From an uncultured Clostridium sp. (GTDB taxonomy: Bacteria; Bacillota; Clostridia; TANB77; CAG-508), in assembly GCA_947363765.1 (NCBI GenBank), contig CANAQC010000004.1:1108-65107 (forward strand): a stretch of DNA of 64,000 bases, read 5' to 3'. Made by a program: the position numbers and the translations under genes. How positions within the stretch are numbered: position 1 is the stretch's first letter; each line of letters opens with the position of its first letter. Shown here piece by piece: positions 11,418 through 22,785 of this stretch. The notes beneath the pieces were generated by a model. It saw nothing but the letters and a program-made list of their open reading frames with translations, was not told the DNA's origin and did not search any database.

Positions 11418-11487
11418 CCTAAGCTTATGGCGTACTTGTGCCAAGTAAATATGTGGCTTAAAAAGTATAAGCCAAAGTTAGAATTAT
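11418..11487 (+). pseudogene. orphan duplicate of the asnB 3' end (..EPKLMAYLCQVNMWLKKYKPKLEL*)
   Basis: About 80% nt identity to 9557-9626, and followed by an analogous hairpin (GCGGTCGCAACGCAACCGC). Confidence 0.6.
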
Positions 11488-11541
11488 AGCATAGGTAAAG
11501 CGGTCGCAACGCAACCGCTTTAATACATTTCCCATAAAAAA

Positions 11542-11982
11542 TTATTTAATCTCAATTTTATTTAATATTTTTGCAAATTCGTTTGCATTTATATATCCAA
11601 ACTGATACAATCCATGCAAAACTTCTTTTTTTACTTCAACTGACAATCCTTCAATAAAGTATACACCATATTGATAAACAGCTATTATTGTTTTCCCTTT
11701 TAATATTAAGACTTTTTCATTGTCTTTCACTTTTATTAGCTGTATATACATTTTACCTTTTATATTATATGTTCGCTTAAACTTTTTGTTTATTAAACAT
11801 TCCTCATAAGCACATTTTTTCATCCGTTCTCTTATTTTTTTGGGATTTCCTTCCATAAAATTCATTCTTTTATCATTTTCACATATTCCTAATATACGAC
11901 AATTATCTTTACAGTATAAAAGAGAGTGAATACCTTGGTTTACATATACTTTTTCAATATAAACTTTTAATGAATCTTTCAT
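11542..11982 (-). CDS. hypothetical protein (146 aa from MKDSLKVY)
   Basis: AGGAGG RBS. Driven by promoter copy 2. Contains an in-frame CGG (rc of 11824-11826) that does not need a frameshift. Confidence 0.5.
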   Translation of the reverse strand: MKDSLKVYIEKVYVNQGIHSLLYCKDNCRILGICENDKRMNFMEGNPKKIRERMKKCAYEECLINKKFKRTYNIKGKMYIQLIKVKDNEKVLILKGKTIIAVYQYGVYFIEGLSVEVKKEVLHGLYQFGYINANEFAKILNKIEIK

Positions 11983-12085
11983 ATTTTTATTTCCTCCTTT
12001 TAACAATTGTTATTGTGTTTATTATCTATAATGAATCCAGCATTGATGTTACACTGGAGGTTTTTTTACTAAATTTCATACTATT

Positions 12086-12114
12086 ATATTAACATAATTT
12101 TGATAACATGTCAA
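12086..12114 (-). promoter_or_regulatory. sigma-A-type promoter (TTGACA-17 nt-TAATAT), copy 2 of the repeated promoter-leader
   Basis: Consensus -35 hexamer with 17-nt spacing. The leader AAAAACCTC plus hairpin is shared with copy 1. Confidence 0.5.
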
Positions 12115-12418
12115 TTAAACTTGCTCATTTTCTCTATATATTCCATATCTTCTATTTTAGAAATTGCAAAACATTTCTTTCCTAAATCCTTTAAAGATGC
12201 TCCTATGTGATATGCATCATAAATTTGCCCATTGAAAAATATTTTTTGTTTAAATTCTTCTTTCTTATATTTTTCTAGTTCATCAAACACTACATCAAAT
12301 CTTTTATCATGTTCTAATAATTTTGTTTTTATACTTTTCTATGTTGTCCTTTTCCGTTTTTGTTTAAGATCACAAATTGCGACCTTAGAGAATCAAATTG
12401 CTTTTCTATCTTTTTCAT
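12111..12418 (-). pseudogene. remnant of an ORF6N / antirepressor-like gene
   Basis: MKKIEKQFDSLRSQFVILN.. then a stop. A second frame encodes ..HDKRFDVVFDELEKYKKEEFKQKIFFNGQIYDAYHIGASL.., typical of the C-terminal half of that family. Confidence 0.3.
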
Positions 12419-12488
12419 CTAATTGAAAACAAAAACTTTCTGGAAACCTCTCTATATAATAAAAAATAAGAATACAAAAAATGTATTC

Positions 12489-12797
12489 TTAAATCATTTT
12501 AATAACTTCTTCTTTGCTTTTTACTCCAACAGATTGTGTTTTTAATTTTCCATTTTCAATTACTACTAATGTAGGAATGCTCATAATATTAAATGAACTT
12601 GCTAAATTTGGTTCTTCATCTACATTAATTTTACCAACCTTTGCTTTTCCATTTAACTCTTTTGCTACTTCATCTACAATAGGTGACATCATTTTACAAG
12701 GTCCACACCAACTTGCCCAAAAATCTAATAATACTGGCAAATCTGATTTTAAAACCTCCTGTTCAAAATTTTTACTTGTAATTGTAAGTACTTCCAT
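12489..12797 (-). CDS. trxA: thioredoxin
   Basis: 102 aa with the WCGPCK active site. Confidence 0.92.
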   Translation of the reverse strand: MEVLTITSKNFEQEVLKSDLPVLLDFWASWCGPCKMMSPIVDEVAKELNGKAKVGKINVDEEPNLASSFNIMSIPTLVVIENGKLKTQSVGVKSKEEVIKMI

Positions 12798-12812
12798 TTT
12801 TTATCCTCCTTT

Positions 12813-13684
12813 TTAATTATTTTTTAAATATTTTATAACTGATAATCCAGCAGTAGCCCCTTCATAAACTGCTTTCGCAATTTGTAACAATCCTCCTGTA
12901 CAATCTCCACAAGCATATAGTCCTTTTACATTTGTTGCCATATTTTCATCAACAACAATTTTATTATCTTTAGTAATTGCTCCAATCTTTTTTGCTAAAT
13001 CTGTACTAGAAGCAGTTCCGAATAGCAATAAAAAGCCCATCTAATTTTAAATCTGTTTCATCTTTAAAATTTATCTTTTCTAGTTTTATATCTCCTCTTA
13101 ATTCTTTTATTTCTTTTTCATTAATTTGTATATTACTATCTAAAAAAGAACGATTTTCTACTAATTTTTCTCCATTTGTTAGAATTGTAATTTTTTTAGC
13201 AATTGGTGAAAGTATTTTTGCTTCTTTTATTGCATAATCCCCACTACCTAGCACTCCTACTTCTTTTTGTCTATAAAAAAACGCATCACAAATGGCACAA
13301 TAACTTATTCCCTTTCCTTCTAACTTTTTTACCCCATTTATCTTTGGAGTACTGCGGTTTGTTCCCATTGCAATTACTAATGCTTTTGACTCATAACTAT
13401 GATTTCTTGTTTCTATATCATATTTTTCTCCATTAAAGCTAACTCCAATAACCTCATCTGTATCTATTACAATATTTAATCTTTCAGCTTGTTTTAAACC
13501 ATTTTCTAATAATTCTTTTCCAGAAATAGTTTCAGAAAAACCATAGTAGTTATCAATTGCTTTTGTTTTATCAAGTGCACCGCCCATCTTTCCCAATTAC
13601 TAAAACTTCTTTTCCTGCTCTTTTTATATAAATTGCAGCTGAGATTCCAGAAGGACCTTTACCTATTACAATTGCATCATACAT
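12813..13684 (-). CDS. trxB: thioredoxin-disulfide reductase TrxB; two frame breaks at in-frame CGG codons
   Basis: N-terminus MYDAIVIGKGPSGISAAIY.. (FAD GxGxxG motif) and the redox CAICD motif. Fragments are joined by skipping the C of CGG at rc 13580-13582 (..IGKDG-G-ALDKTKAIDNYYGF) and at rc 13018-13020 (..LDGLFIAI-G-TASSTDLAKK). Confidence 0.9.
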
Positions 13685-15237
13685 TCTTTTCTTTCTCCTT
13701 TAATTTTTTAGCCTTATACTTATTAATATATGCACATATATTACAAATAATGCTTTGTATTCCTATAGTAGAAATAGGCATTAAAATGATTACATATGGC
13801 AAAATATACCTTGATTTTGCTTCCCAAAGAATGTGAAAGAAAAATCCTCCCAAAAATATAGTAGTTAGTAATATAAAATTTAAATTTATATCTTTTCTAT
13901 TTTTTAATATAGCCATTAATGCTCCAAAAAATACTAATAAAACAATTGCTTTTTGAAAAATTCCTAATGCTTTGTTTATTTTTCCTTGACAGATAGATAA
14001 AAATATAGCATCTTCATTCATTAATTTTAAAAATTCATCGTGATTATTTGCTTGAAAAGGAAGATTATACCATATATCCCCAAAACCAACTTCTGACCAC
14101 ATAGATATTACTTTTTTACTATAAAATTTTATAGTATATAATGGGCTTTTTATAAATTCAAATACTCTTTGTTTAATCTTTTCTGGATAATACGTAGATG
14201 CTTCATCTATATTTTCCCAAGCATAATCCATTGTAGAATTATACCATCCATTTTCTCTTGACCCCTCATTCATTCCCATATAAATATATGCAGTAGTAGG
14301 AATTGACCTATGTTTATTTAATTCTAATTTGTTAGAAATTACATTTTTCAAAATAGTATTTGGTAAAATAGAAATAAGTATAAATACTAATATTAGTAAT
14401 ATCTTTTGCCAATCTTTTTTTCTTAAAAAATCTAATATTAAATAAATGATTATTGCTAATATAAATATTAAATAATTTGATTTTACAATATAACTAATTG
14501 AAAGCAATATAGATGAAATAAGCAAATATACTATTTGTTTCTTATCTACATATTTCATAATCATATATGTTCCTAAAATAGCAAGCATTAGTCCTATATA
14601 ATCCCCATATACAAATGAACTTAGTAAAATTAGTGGTATAAAAGTAAAGCTTACCAAAAAATATAAGTATTTATTAAAAGAATATTCCTTTAAAAACTCT
14701 TTCATAATTAAATATAAAAATGTGATAGAAATAATGTTACATACTATATTTAAATATTGTATAATTCTATAATCAGTAGAATGAAAAACTTTATAAACTG
14801 TTGTAATAAAATATGTTACTCCTATTTGTTGTGGATTTCTTTCTAAGTACTCACTATTTTTTAGTTCTTCTTCATTTCCTTCTACAATAATCTTAGCAAT
14901 TCTATTAACTTCTTTTTGATCTGCTACTGGTTCTATTTTAGTAGTTTGTAACCAAATTAAATTTACAATAATATATATTAAAATAGTACATACAAATAGA
15001 ATTATTTTTGTTCTTTTTGAAAATTTTATTTTTTGTGTAAATACTCCGAAAAGATAAAATAATGCCTATAACAAATATACTTATAGTTAGTGAAATTGTA
15101 GTTATTTTGTTTATGTTGACTTGTTCTGAAACATCATTTATAATGTTTGATGTAAAAAACAAATTTGAAATAGCTATAAATCCTATTGTTAATATTGCTA
15201 ATATAATTACTATACTTTCTACTATTTTTTTTATCAT
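13677..15237 (-). CDS. polytopic membrane glycosyltransferase (GT-C, ArnT/PMT-like); frame break at an in-frame CGG
   Basis: Track ORFs 14938..15237 and 13677..14705 become one ~519-aa multi-TM protein when the C of CGG (rc of 15046-15048) is skipped (..ILSF-G-VFTQKIKFSKRTKIILFV...). The family call is tentative. Confidence 0.6.
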
Positions 15238-15263
15238 TTTGTATTTTTCTCCTAAAATTTTAT

Positions 15264-16736
15264 TTAATATACATATAAATGTAATGTATCTTTTTTTATT
15301 ATAACTTGTTCTTTACTATAAGAATTCCATTGCTTATCTATAAAGTATTGTTCATAAATTTTGTTGTCTTTTTCTATTTCTTTAAATGTTTTACCTAAAT
15401 AATGCTTTAAATATGGTATCCTTGACCAATTTGGATATAGTGCTTTTACATTTATATCTCCAATTGCTTTTATATTAGGATAAGTCCAATTTCCTCCTGA
15501 TTCATTTTCATAAAATGCTACTTTTGTTACTATTTGTCCTGTACTTTCTTCATATTGGTTTATTTGTTCTTTTATTTGAAGTGCTTGATATTCATCTAAA
15601 TAGTTTACAATGTAGTGATCTTGTATTATTGTTTGGAAACTTATATATTGAACTATTAGATATATTATCATTGTTATAAGTATTATCTTTTCTAACTTCA
15701 TATTCACTTTATAGTTAATAAATAAATATAAAATTAATATTCCTATAATTCCAGCAAATGCATAACTACTTCTTGGTACAAACCAAATAGATTCACTAGC
15801 TTGCATAAATTGTGGTAATATTGTAGTTATAAAACTCCCAATTATTATATAACAAATAGCTAAAAAAGATAAAAGTTTTTCTTTTTTTGTTTTTTCATAT
15901 TTTATAATATAATATAAAATAGTTACTAATAGTACTCCTATTATCGTAATAAATAAATATTTAGGTATTATTGAATATGTTAGTAACATCTGTTTTGTTC
16001 CAAATATTATATTTTTTATAGTTAAGTTTAAATTAAATTCTCCAGCTATTCTATTATTTATAAATATGAATTTTACAATTGCATAATTTATAAATGCTGG
16101 AATTCCATAACAAAGTGCAGTTACAATATTATTTTTAATAAAAGACTTAAAATCTTCACTATATTTTAAAATGTATATAATACTTAGTACAACAAAAAGT
16201 GCTACTGTACCTTGATAAGAAAAATTAGCAATTATCATATAAATAAAGACTAAAACAAGTGATTTCCTATTTTGCTCTTTTAAATATTTAGTTAACTGTT
16301 CAAATGCTAAAACATTTAGAAGTACAGAAAATAACATTATTCCTTTTTCAATATATAAAAATAATTCAATTGAAAAAACATTAATTAATATTAATACTGA
16401 AATAAGCATTGAAATACATGTGTTATTAATATCTTTTATAAAAATTTTGAATAATTTATATATAGAAATACTTAAACATATAATAGCAAGTACAAAAGAC
16501 AATAAATAAGTAAAGGTATTTCCAAAATGCAATAATCTTACTATCATTTGACAAATTCCTGTTACAAAACGACCTGATGTAAAAAAATGCTCTACTGTAA
16601 CTTTTGTACTATTTTCAAATACAGTATAAGTATCTGTTGCATATTCTAATTTAAAAAACATTCCAAAAAATATTATGACAATCATCATAAATAGATAAAA
16701 TTTTTTATCTATTAACATTTCTTTTAATTTATTCAT
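15264..16736 (-). CDS. polytopic membrane protein, possibly GtrII-like glucosyltransferase
   Basis: 490 aa, many TM segments, C-terminal soluble domain. Lies inside the glycan locus. Confidence 0.5.
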   Translation of the reverse strand: MNKLKEMLIDKKFYLFMMIVIIFFGMFFKLEYATDTYTVFENSTKVTVEHFFTSGRFVTGICQMIVRLLHFGNTFTYLLSFVLAIICLSISIYKLFKIFIKDINNTCISMLISVLILINVFSIELFLYIEKGIMLFSVLLNVLAFEQLTKYLKEQNRKSLVLVFIYMIIANFSYQGTVALFVVLSIIYILKYSEDFKSFIKNNIVTALCYGIPAFINYAIVKFIFINNRIAGEFNLNLTIKNIIFGTKQMLLTYSIIPKYLFITIIGVLLVTILYYIIKYEKTKKEKLLSFLAICYIIIGSFITTILPQFMQASESIWFVPRSSYAFAGIIGILILYLFINYKVNMKLEKIILITMIIYLIVQYISFQTIIQDHYIVNYLDEYQALQIKEQINQYEESTGQIVTKVAFYENESGGNWTYPNIKAIGDINVKALYPNWSRIPYLKHYLGKTFKEIEKDNKIYEQYFIDKQWNSYSKEQVIIKKDTLHLYVY

Positions 16737-16747
16737 TATTCCCCTCT

Positions 16748-19040
16748 TTATTTAATTTTTTGTTTTATCATTTTGTCAATTCCATTTCTTTTTACAATTT
16801 TCATTATTCCAGATTTTTGTAAAAAACTTATAAATGTTCTCCATAAAGGATTTGTCCATAATCTGTCTTTTAAGTATTGAAATCTTGCATTTGTTGAATC
16901 TATTCCATATGAACGTTTATCTACTTGATTAAATATTACTAGATATTGTTTATATAATTCTTTGTTTTGTACTACTACTTCTTTATCAACTTTTGTTCCA
17001 TTATTTATTAATTTTTCAATTTCAGCATTAAATGTTTGTACCATATTTGTAATTGAAAATTCGTTTTCTACTTTTTTTCTTCCATGTTTACACATTTTTT
17101 CATAGTTTTTAGAATCTAATACATCTTCAATTGCTTTTATATAACGTTGTATTTCTTCTTTTACATAATTATGATTATAAAAATCATCTCTTGCATTTTG
17201 GATATTTTGTACTACTCTACCACAATCTAAATCTACTAATTCTTTTTGTCCTCCTACATCTGCTGTTACAACAGGTGTTTCCATTGCTAAAGATTCATAA
17301 GTAGTTAATGTAAGTCCCTCTGTTAAAGATACTATTAAATGTATATTAGCTAATTTATAAAATGGTTTGGAATCTTTTTGCATGCCCCAAAAAATAATAT
17401 TTTTTTCTATTCCCATTTTTCTAGCTAATTTTTTCATATTTGGTAACTCTGGTCCATCTCCTACTACAAATAATATAATATCATCTCTTTTTTCACATAA
17501 TGCTTTTAATAAATGTATTACAAATAGTGGTCTTTTTTCTTCTACAATTCTTGCTAAATATAATATTACTTTTTTTCCTTCATATTTTTCTTTTAATTTA
17601 GTAATTTCTGGATAATCTTGTATTAAAACATCTTCTTTACAAAATTCTTTAGGATTTACACCAATATAAACTGTTTGCATATTTTCATTGGTTCTACCCA
17701 TATCATTTTTCATAATATCTGCTACACAGTTTGTACAAGTATATGTTTTATCTAATATTTTAGAAAGTGCTGTTGATTCTCTAGGGTATTCTCCATTTCT
17801 CCAACTCCAGTTTTCACAATGTATATAATCTGTAAAAATAACTTCAGGAAATTTTGCTTTTAACCAAGGTAATACATAATATCCATAAAAACTATTTGAT
17901 TGCATAACAAAATCTACATTACGTGAATATATTAAATAATGTATAAAGCTTGCCCAATCTTTTCTATTTAAAAAAGTAGTTAAATCAAAAATAGTAGCAT
18001 GTCTTTCAAATTTACTTCTCCATACATAATCTGATGGTTCAGTAGTTACAATTGTAATATTATATTTTTCTTTATCTAAACCTGAAATTAAATCATAATT
18101 AAATTTATCTGCTCCTCCTACATGAAACCATGGAAAAACAAATAATAAATTCATTTTTTCTTTTTTCTCATATATTGGTTTTCTTTGCCAAGAAAATTCA
18201 TATGGATATGTGTCATAATCTGGCTTAAAAGGTGTTGGAAATTGGATTGCTTTTATATCCTTTGTTATTTTATCAGCTTGTTTTTTTATAACTTTTCTTG
18301 CATATTTATCCTTTTTCTTATCATTATTAATAGAAGATAAAACCCCTCCTGTTTTCTTTTGACGATACCAAAACCCATAGAAATTCATTTTAGCAGGAAA
18401 ATATCCCTTTTCTAATAAACGAAGCCATAAATGCCAATCTTCATGAACATTTTGATCTACAACATTAAATCCTCCAACATCTAAAATTGCTTGTTTTTTA
18501 ATTAGTGCAGTTACTGTTAATAAATTTTCTTTTTTTTCAACTTCTACATCAAATTCTTTTTTCCATAAAAATCTTTTTCCATCAAAGTTAGCAAGATCAG
18601 AATAAGCCCAAGTAGCTTCAGGATTTGTTTGTAATGTCCAATAAGCACATTCTAACATTGTCTCATCAATTAAGTCATCTGCATCTAATGTAAAAATCAA
18701 ATCAGTTTGTGCTTTTTGTATAGCTTCATCTCTTGTTATAATACGTCCTTTATTTTCTCTATATGTAATTTTAATTCTATTATCCAATTTAGAAATTTCT
18801 TCTAATATTTCTTTTGTTCCGTTCTTGGTTACTTCCATCATCTATAATAATCCATTCCCAGTATGGAAATGTTTGGTTTAATACACTATATGCTGTTTGT
18901 TTGATATAATCTTTTGCATTATAAAATGGCGTAATAATTGATATAAGTGGCTCTCCATCATTTTTTGATAATGTATTTTTTAATTCTAATCCTGGCTCAT
19001 TTGAATAATCAAAATATTTTTCTTCTTCCATAGTACACAT
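16748..19040 (-). CDS. bifunctional GT2 + GT4 glycosyltransferase; frame break at an in-frame CGG
   Basis: Track ORFs 18789..19040 and 16748..18841 are joined by skipping the C of CGG (rc of 18819-18821). This restores the GT2 motif IIDDGSNQE-G-TKEIL. The C-terminal half looks like GT4 (..LTEGLTLTTYESLAMETPVV..). Confidence 0.8.
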
Positions 19041-19074
19041 CCTTTATTTATATCTTATCTTTATTCATTTTATA

Positions 19075-19851
19075 TTATAATTCCTCTGCAAATCCTTTTT
19101 GCAATTTATTAAAAATTAGATATCCAAATATACATGCAATAACTAATATTATTCCTAAAACTAATAAACTTGTAATATCTGGCATTACTTGATTATAAAA
19201 TATATCCCTATAAGCTCCAATAATATAAGTCATGGGATTAATATTAAGTATCCATTCAAAACCTGTCCCACTAATTGTAGAGGCATTATATACAATTGGT
19301 GTTGCATAAAATAGTAATTGAAGTGCAACTCCGATTAAATGTTGAAAATCTCTTACATATACTGTAATACTTGATACAACAAATGAAATAGCAAGTACTA
19401 ATAAAAATTGTACAATATAGATTAATGGATAAAATAATATATACCAAGTAAGACCTAAACCATAAAATAAAACAAATGCAACAATAATAATAGTAGAAAT
19501 TAGAAATGTTACTGCTTCACTAATACAAATAGACATTGGTAATATTTCTCTTGGGAAATATACCTTTTTAATAATATTGCCATTTTCCACCATAGTAAAG
19601 GCTGCCCTTGTAATAGTCGCTGAGAAAAATGCCCATGGTATTAATCCACAACATAAAAATACTACATAGTTTTTTTCATTGTTCTTCATAATTAGAGGAA
19701 ATACTATAGCATATACTAGAATTTGTAATAATGGATTTAAAAATGACCATAATACCCCTAAAAAAGAATTTTTATATTTCCCTCTAATTTCTTTTTTTAC
19801 ACTTGTTTTTAATAATTCTCTGTAATTATATAATCCTTTAAATACGTTCAT
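19075..19851 (-). CDS. ABC-2 type polysaccharide/teichoic-acid export permease (Wzm/TagG-like)
   Basis: 258 aa, six TM segments, ABC-2 architecture, directly downstream of the ATPase gene. Confidence 0.8.
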   Translation of the reverse strand: MNVFKGLYNYRELLKTSVKKEIRGKYKNSFLGVLWSFLNPLLQILVYAIVFPLIMKNNEKNYVVFLCCGLIPWAFFSATITRAAFTMVENGNIIKKVYFPREILPMSICISEAVTFLISTIIIVAFVLFYGLGLTWYILFYPLIYIVQFLLVLAISFVVSSITVYVRDFQHLIGVALQLLFYATPIVYNASTISGTGFEWILNINPMTYIIGAYRDIFYNQVMPDITSLLVLGIILVIACIFGYLIFNKLQKGFAEEL

Positions 19852-19887
19852 TTTTTCACCTTTCTTTATATATTTTACTTAATACTT

Positions 19888-20658
19888 TTATGTTGTTATT
19901 TTTATATATTCTTCTACTACTTTATTTGTATCTCCATCCATACGAATTTTTCCTTCATATAACCAAATAGCTCTATCACACAATTGCTTTACAGATTCCA
20001 TACTATGTGTAACAAATATCATTGTTTTTCCTTGTTCTTTTAATTCCTTCATTTTTTTTAGGCATTTTTCTTGAAAATGTTGATCTCCAACAGATAATAT
20101 TTCATCAATTAATAAAATATCTGCATCTACATTAATAGCAACTGAAAAAGCAAGTCTCATATACATTCCTGATGAATATGTTCTAACTGGATTATCAATA
20201 TAATTTTTTAGTTCTGAAAATTCAATAATTTGTTCTAACCTATCATCAATTTCTTTCTTAGTTAACCCAAAAATAGAAGCATTAAAATAAATATTCTCTC
20301 TTCCTGAAAAATCTGGATGAAAACCTGCTCCTAACTCTAAAAGAGAGGTTAACTTTCCATTAGTGATAATTTTTCCTTTGTTTGGATAAATAATCTTTGT
20401 CATTAATTTTAGTAAAGTTGATTTTCCGCTTCCATTTACTCCAATTAATGCAACAGCTTCTCCTTTATTAATTGTTAGGTTAATTCCTTTTAGTACTTCT
20501 CGTTGCTCTTTTTTATTTCTTTTAAAAAACATTAATTTCTCTTTAATAGTATTTGCTTTATCTAAATATACATTAAATGTTTTATATACATTATCTACAA
20601 TAATACTTTCTTGTTTATTTGTTTGCATATTTTTCATCCTTTCTAAGTTATATCGCAT
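19888..20658 (-). CDS. ABC transporter ATP-binding protein (Wzt/TagH-like)
   Basis: Walker A GVNGSGKST, signature YSSGM, Walker B LLIDE. Confidence 0.85.
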   Translation of the reverse strand: MRYNLERMKNMQTNKQESIIVDNVYKTFNVYLDKANTIKEKLMFFKRNKKEQREVLKGINLTINKGEAVALIGVNGSGKSTLLKLMTKIIYPNKGKIITNGKLTSLLELGAGFHPDFSGRENIYFNASIFGLTKKEIDDRLEQIIEFSELKNYIDNPVRTYSSGMYMRLAFSVAINVDADILLIDEILSVGDQHFQEKCLKKMKELKEQGKTMIFVTHSMESVKQLCDRAIWLYEGKIRMDGDTNKVVEEYIKITT

Positions 20659-20712
20659 ATTATATCATAAGATTATTGAATGTCAAAAATCTATTAAATT
20701 TTTTATAACAAT

Positions 20713-21614
20713 TTACACTCTTTTATTTAAAAACTTTTGCTTTGTTTTTAATTTTCCTGGTAAATATAAAAAAGCAATAATAATTTTATTAGTTATACCT
20801 TTTATGTTTTGCAAAATCTGTTTTAGGCTTCTATTTGTTAATACTGCAAATAATATATAATGTTTTATCACATACAACCTTTTTTTAAAACTCACCTTTT
20901 TAAAACTTTTTAAAAGTATTTCCTCAAAATATTTAAAATATCCAAATGGACTAGTAGTAAAAGTCTTTAATATATTATTTGTATAACCGGTCTTTTCTAT
21001 AATCTCCAATTTGAACTGGTTTATTAACACATTTTATTTTATAGTTTTCATCTATTTTATGGTACATTCTTGCTTCTGTTATAAATTTTTCATTATTTTC
21101 AAGCTCATGCTTATACTTTTTTCGTACATCAGAATAATAAACTAATACCTTTTCTCCTTTTGTTGCTTGCTTAAAATATAAATCAAACATTGTAGAAACT
21201 ACTCCTTGAAAGCTTGTACCATCTATTTTTCCATCTTGATTTTGTTTTAAAAAACATATACCATATAGCCCTTCTTTTCTTGTATTTTCAAATTCTTCTT
21301 TTATTATCTTTAAAGCATCTTTTGTAAAATAGTCATCTGAATCACAATCTATTATTACATCTCCTGTTGTTAGTTCACAAATTTTATTAATTGCCAACAT
21401 TTTTCCTTGGTTTTCTTGAAAGTAATACTTTATTTGTATTTTATTTTCATTAATCAAATTTTGTATTATTTGTTTTGTATTATCATTTGAACCGATCATC
21501 CATAATTAACCATTCAATTTCAATTCCATAATTTGAATTTTCAACAATACTATTATATAATTTTTCTAAAAGATTTGCCCTATTATATGTAGCTGTTAAT
21601 ATTGATATTTTCAC
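20713..21614 (-). CDS. GT2 glycosyltransferase; two frame breaks at in-frame CGG codons
   Basis: GTG start with a GGAGG RBS (MKISILTATYNR..). Skipping the C at rc 21492-21494 restores LIMDD-G-SNDNT. Skipping the C at rc 20987-20989 joins ..DYRKD-G-YTNNILKTF.. to track ORF 20713..21030. Confidence 0.8.
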
Positions 21615-21653
21615 CTTATACCTCCTAGTATTTAGTAAAATAGCACTTTTAAA

Positions 21654-22766
21654 TTATTCATTTAATAAGTTAATAACTTGTTTTATTATATTTTTATTAT
21701 CATAATCTTTTATATCTTTTTGTATGTTTTGTTTTTTTCCTTTTTGTATAATATTCTTTAATCCTTCATAAATAGCATTTTCATTATTGTCAAATACTAT
21801 AGCATTTTCATAATCTTGTATTCCTTCTCTTGCTGCAGTATCAGTTATACAAATTGGTTTTTTTAATATTTTGGCTTCTTCTAAAACCATACCATATCCT
21901 TCAAAATAAGAAAGCAAACAAAAATAATCTGCATTTTTAATATATGGATATGGATTTTCTCTTTTACCTAATAAATGAAATGTATTTTGTATTTGTTTTG
22001 TTTTTATTTGTTGTTCTAAGTTACTTTTTAATGGTCCATCTCCTATAACATAAACATTATGTACTAAGTCCTCTTTTATTAATCTTTTATGAACACTAAT
22101 AAGTCTATCTATTGCCTTTTGTTCTACTAATCTTGCAACTGTTACAATATTTATATACTCTTTATTAAATACTTCTTTTACTACTTCTTCTGCTTTTTGT
22201 ATTATATTTTCTTTATCAATATAATTATAAATTACCTCTAATTTTTTACTACATAATTTTGGATAAGTTTGTTGAAATTTTTTACAATTATCTTTACTAA
22301 CAAAAATTATTTTTTCATATTGTTTATAAACCCTTTTATCTATATATCTTTTTAGTTTTGCTTTTATCCCTTCCCCAAAAACAAGAAAAATATCGTTATG
22401 TACCCATGCAATTTTTTTAGTATTTTTATTAGGATACTTAAATAATCTTGTAATTGGTCCTTCTAAAAAAGAAATTTCTATATTATAATCTTTTTTTATT
22501 TTTTTATTATATATTTGTCTGCCAAAAAATATTAGATTAAATGAAATCCATAATTTTTTAAATTTACTTATTTCGTCATAACTATTTTTGTACAGATTAA
22601 TTAAACAAATCTCCTTACTTAATTGTTTTTCTAACTCTCCTTTACCATATAATGTAAATATTGTAATATCATACTCTTGTTTTAAACAATTGACAAGATC
22701 TATTAATACTCTTTCTGCACCACCTAAACTTAAACTAGTAATTCCAAATAATATCTTTTTTTTCAT
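21654..22766 (-). CDS. GT4 (group 1) glycosyltransferase
   Basis: 370 aa. N-terminus SLGGAERV, C-terminus ..SYFEGYGMVLEEA... Confidence 0.85.
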   Translation of the reverse strand: MKKKILFGITSLSLGGAERVLIDLVNCLKQEYDITIFTLYGKGELEKQLSKEICLINLYKNSYDEISKFKKLWISFNLIFFGRQIYNKKIKKDYNIEISFLEGPITRLFKYPNKNTKKIAWVHNDIFLVFGEGIKAKLKRYIDKRVYKQYEKIIFVSKDNCKKFQQTYPKLCSKKLEVIYNYIDKENIIQKAEEVVKEVFNKEYINIVTVARLVEQKAIDRLISVHKRLIKEDLVHNVYVIGDGPLKSNLEQQIKTKQIQNTFHLLGKRENPYPYIKNADYFCLLSYFEGYGMVLEEAKILKKPICITDTAAREGIQDYENAIVFDNNENAIYEGLKNIIQKGKKQNIQKDIKDYDNKNIIKQVINLLNE

Positions 22767-22785
22767 ATTTATCCTTTCTTTTTAG

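Noticed and set aside
10086-12114. The exact 2000-bp spacing of the two promoter-leader copies as a sign of tandem duplication.
   Set aside because: The sequence between and beyond the copies is unrelated. Only about 60-85 nt are homologous.
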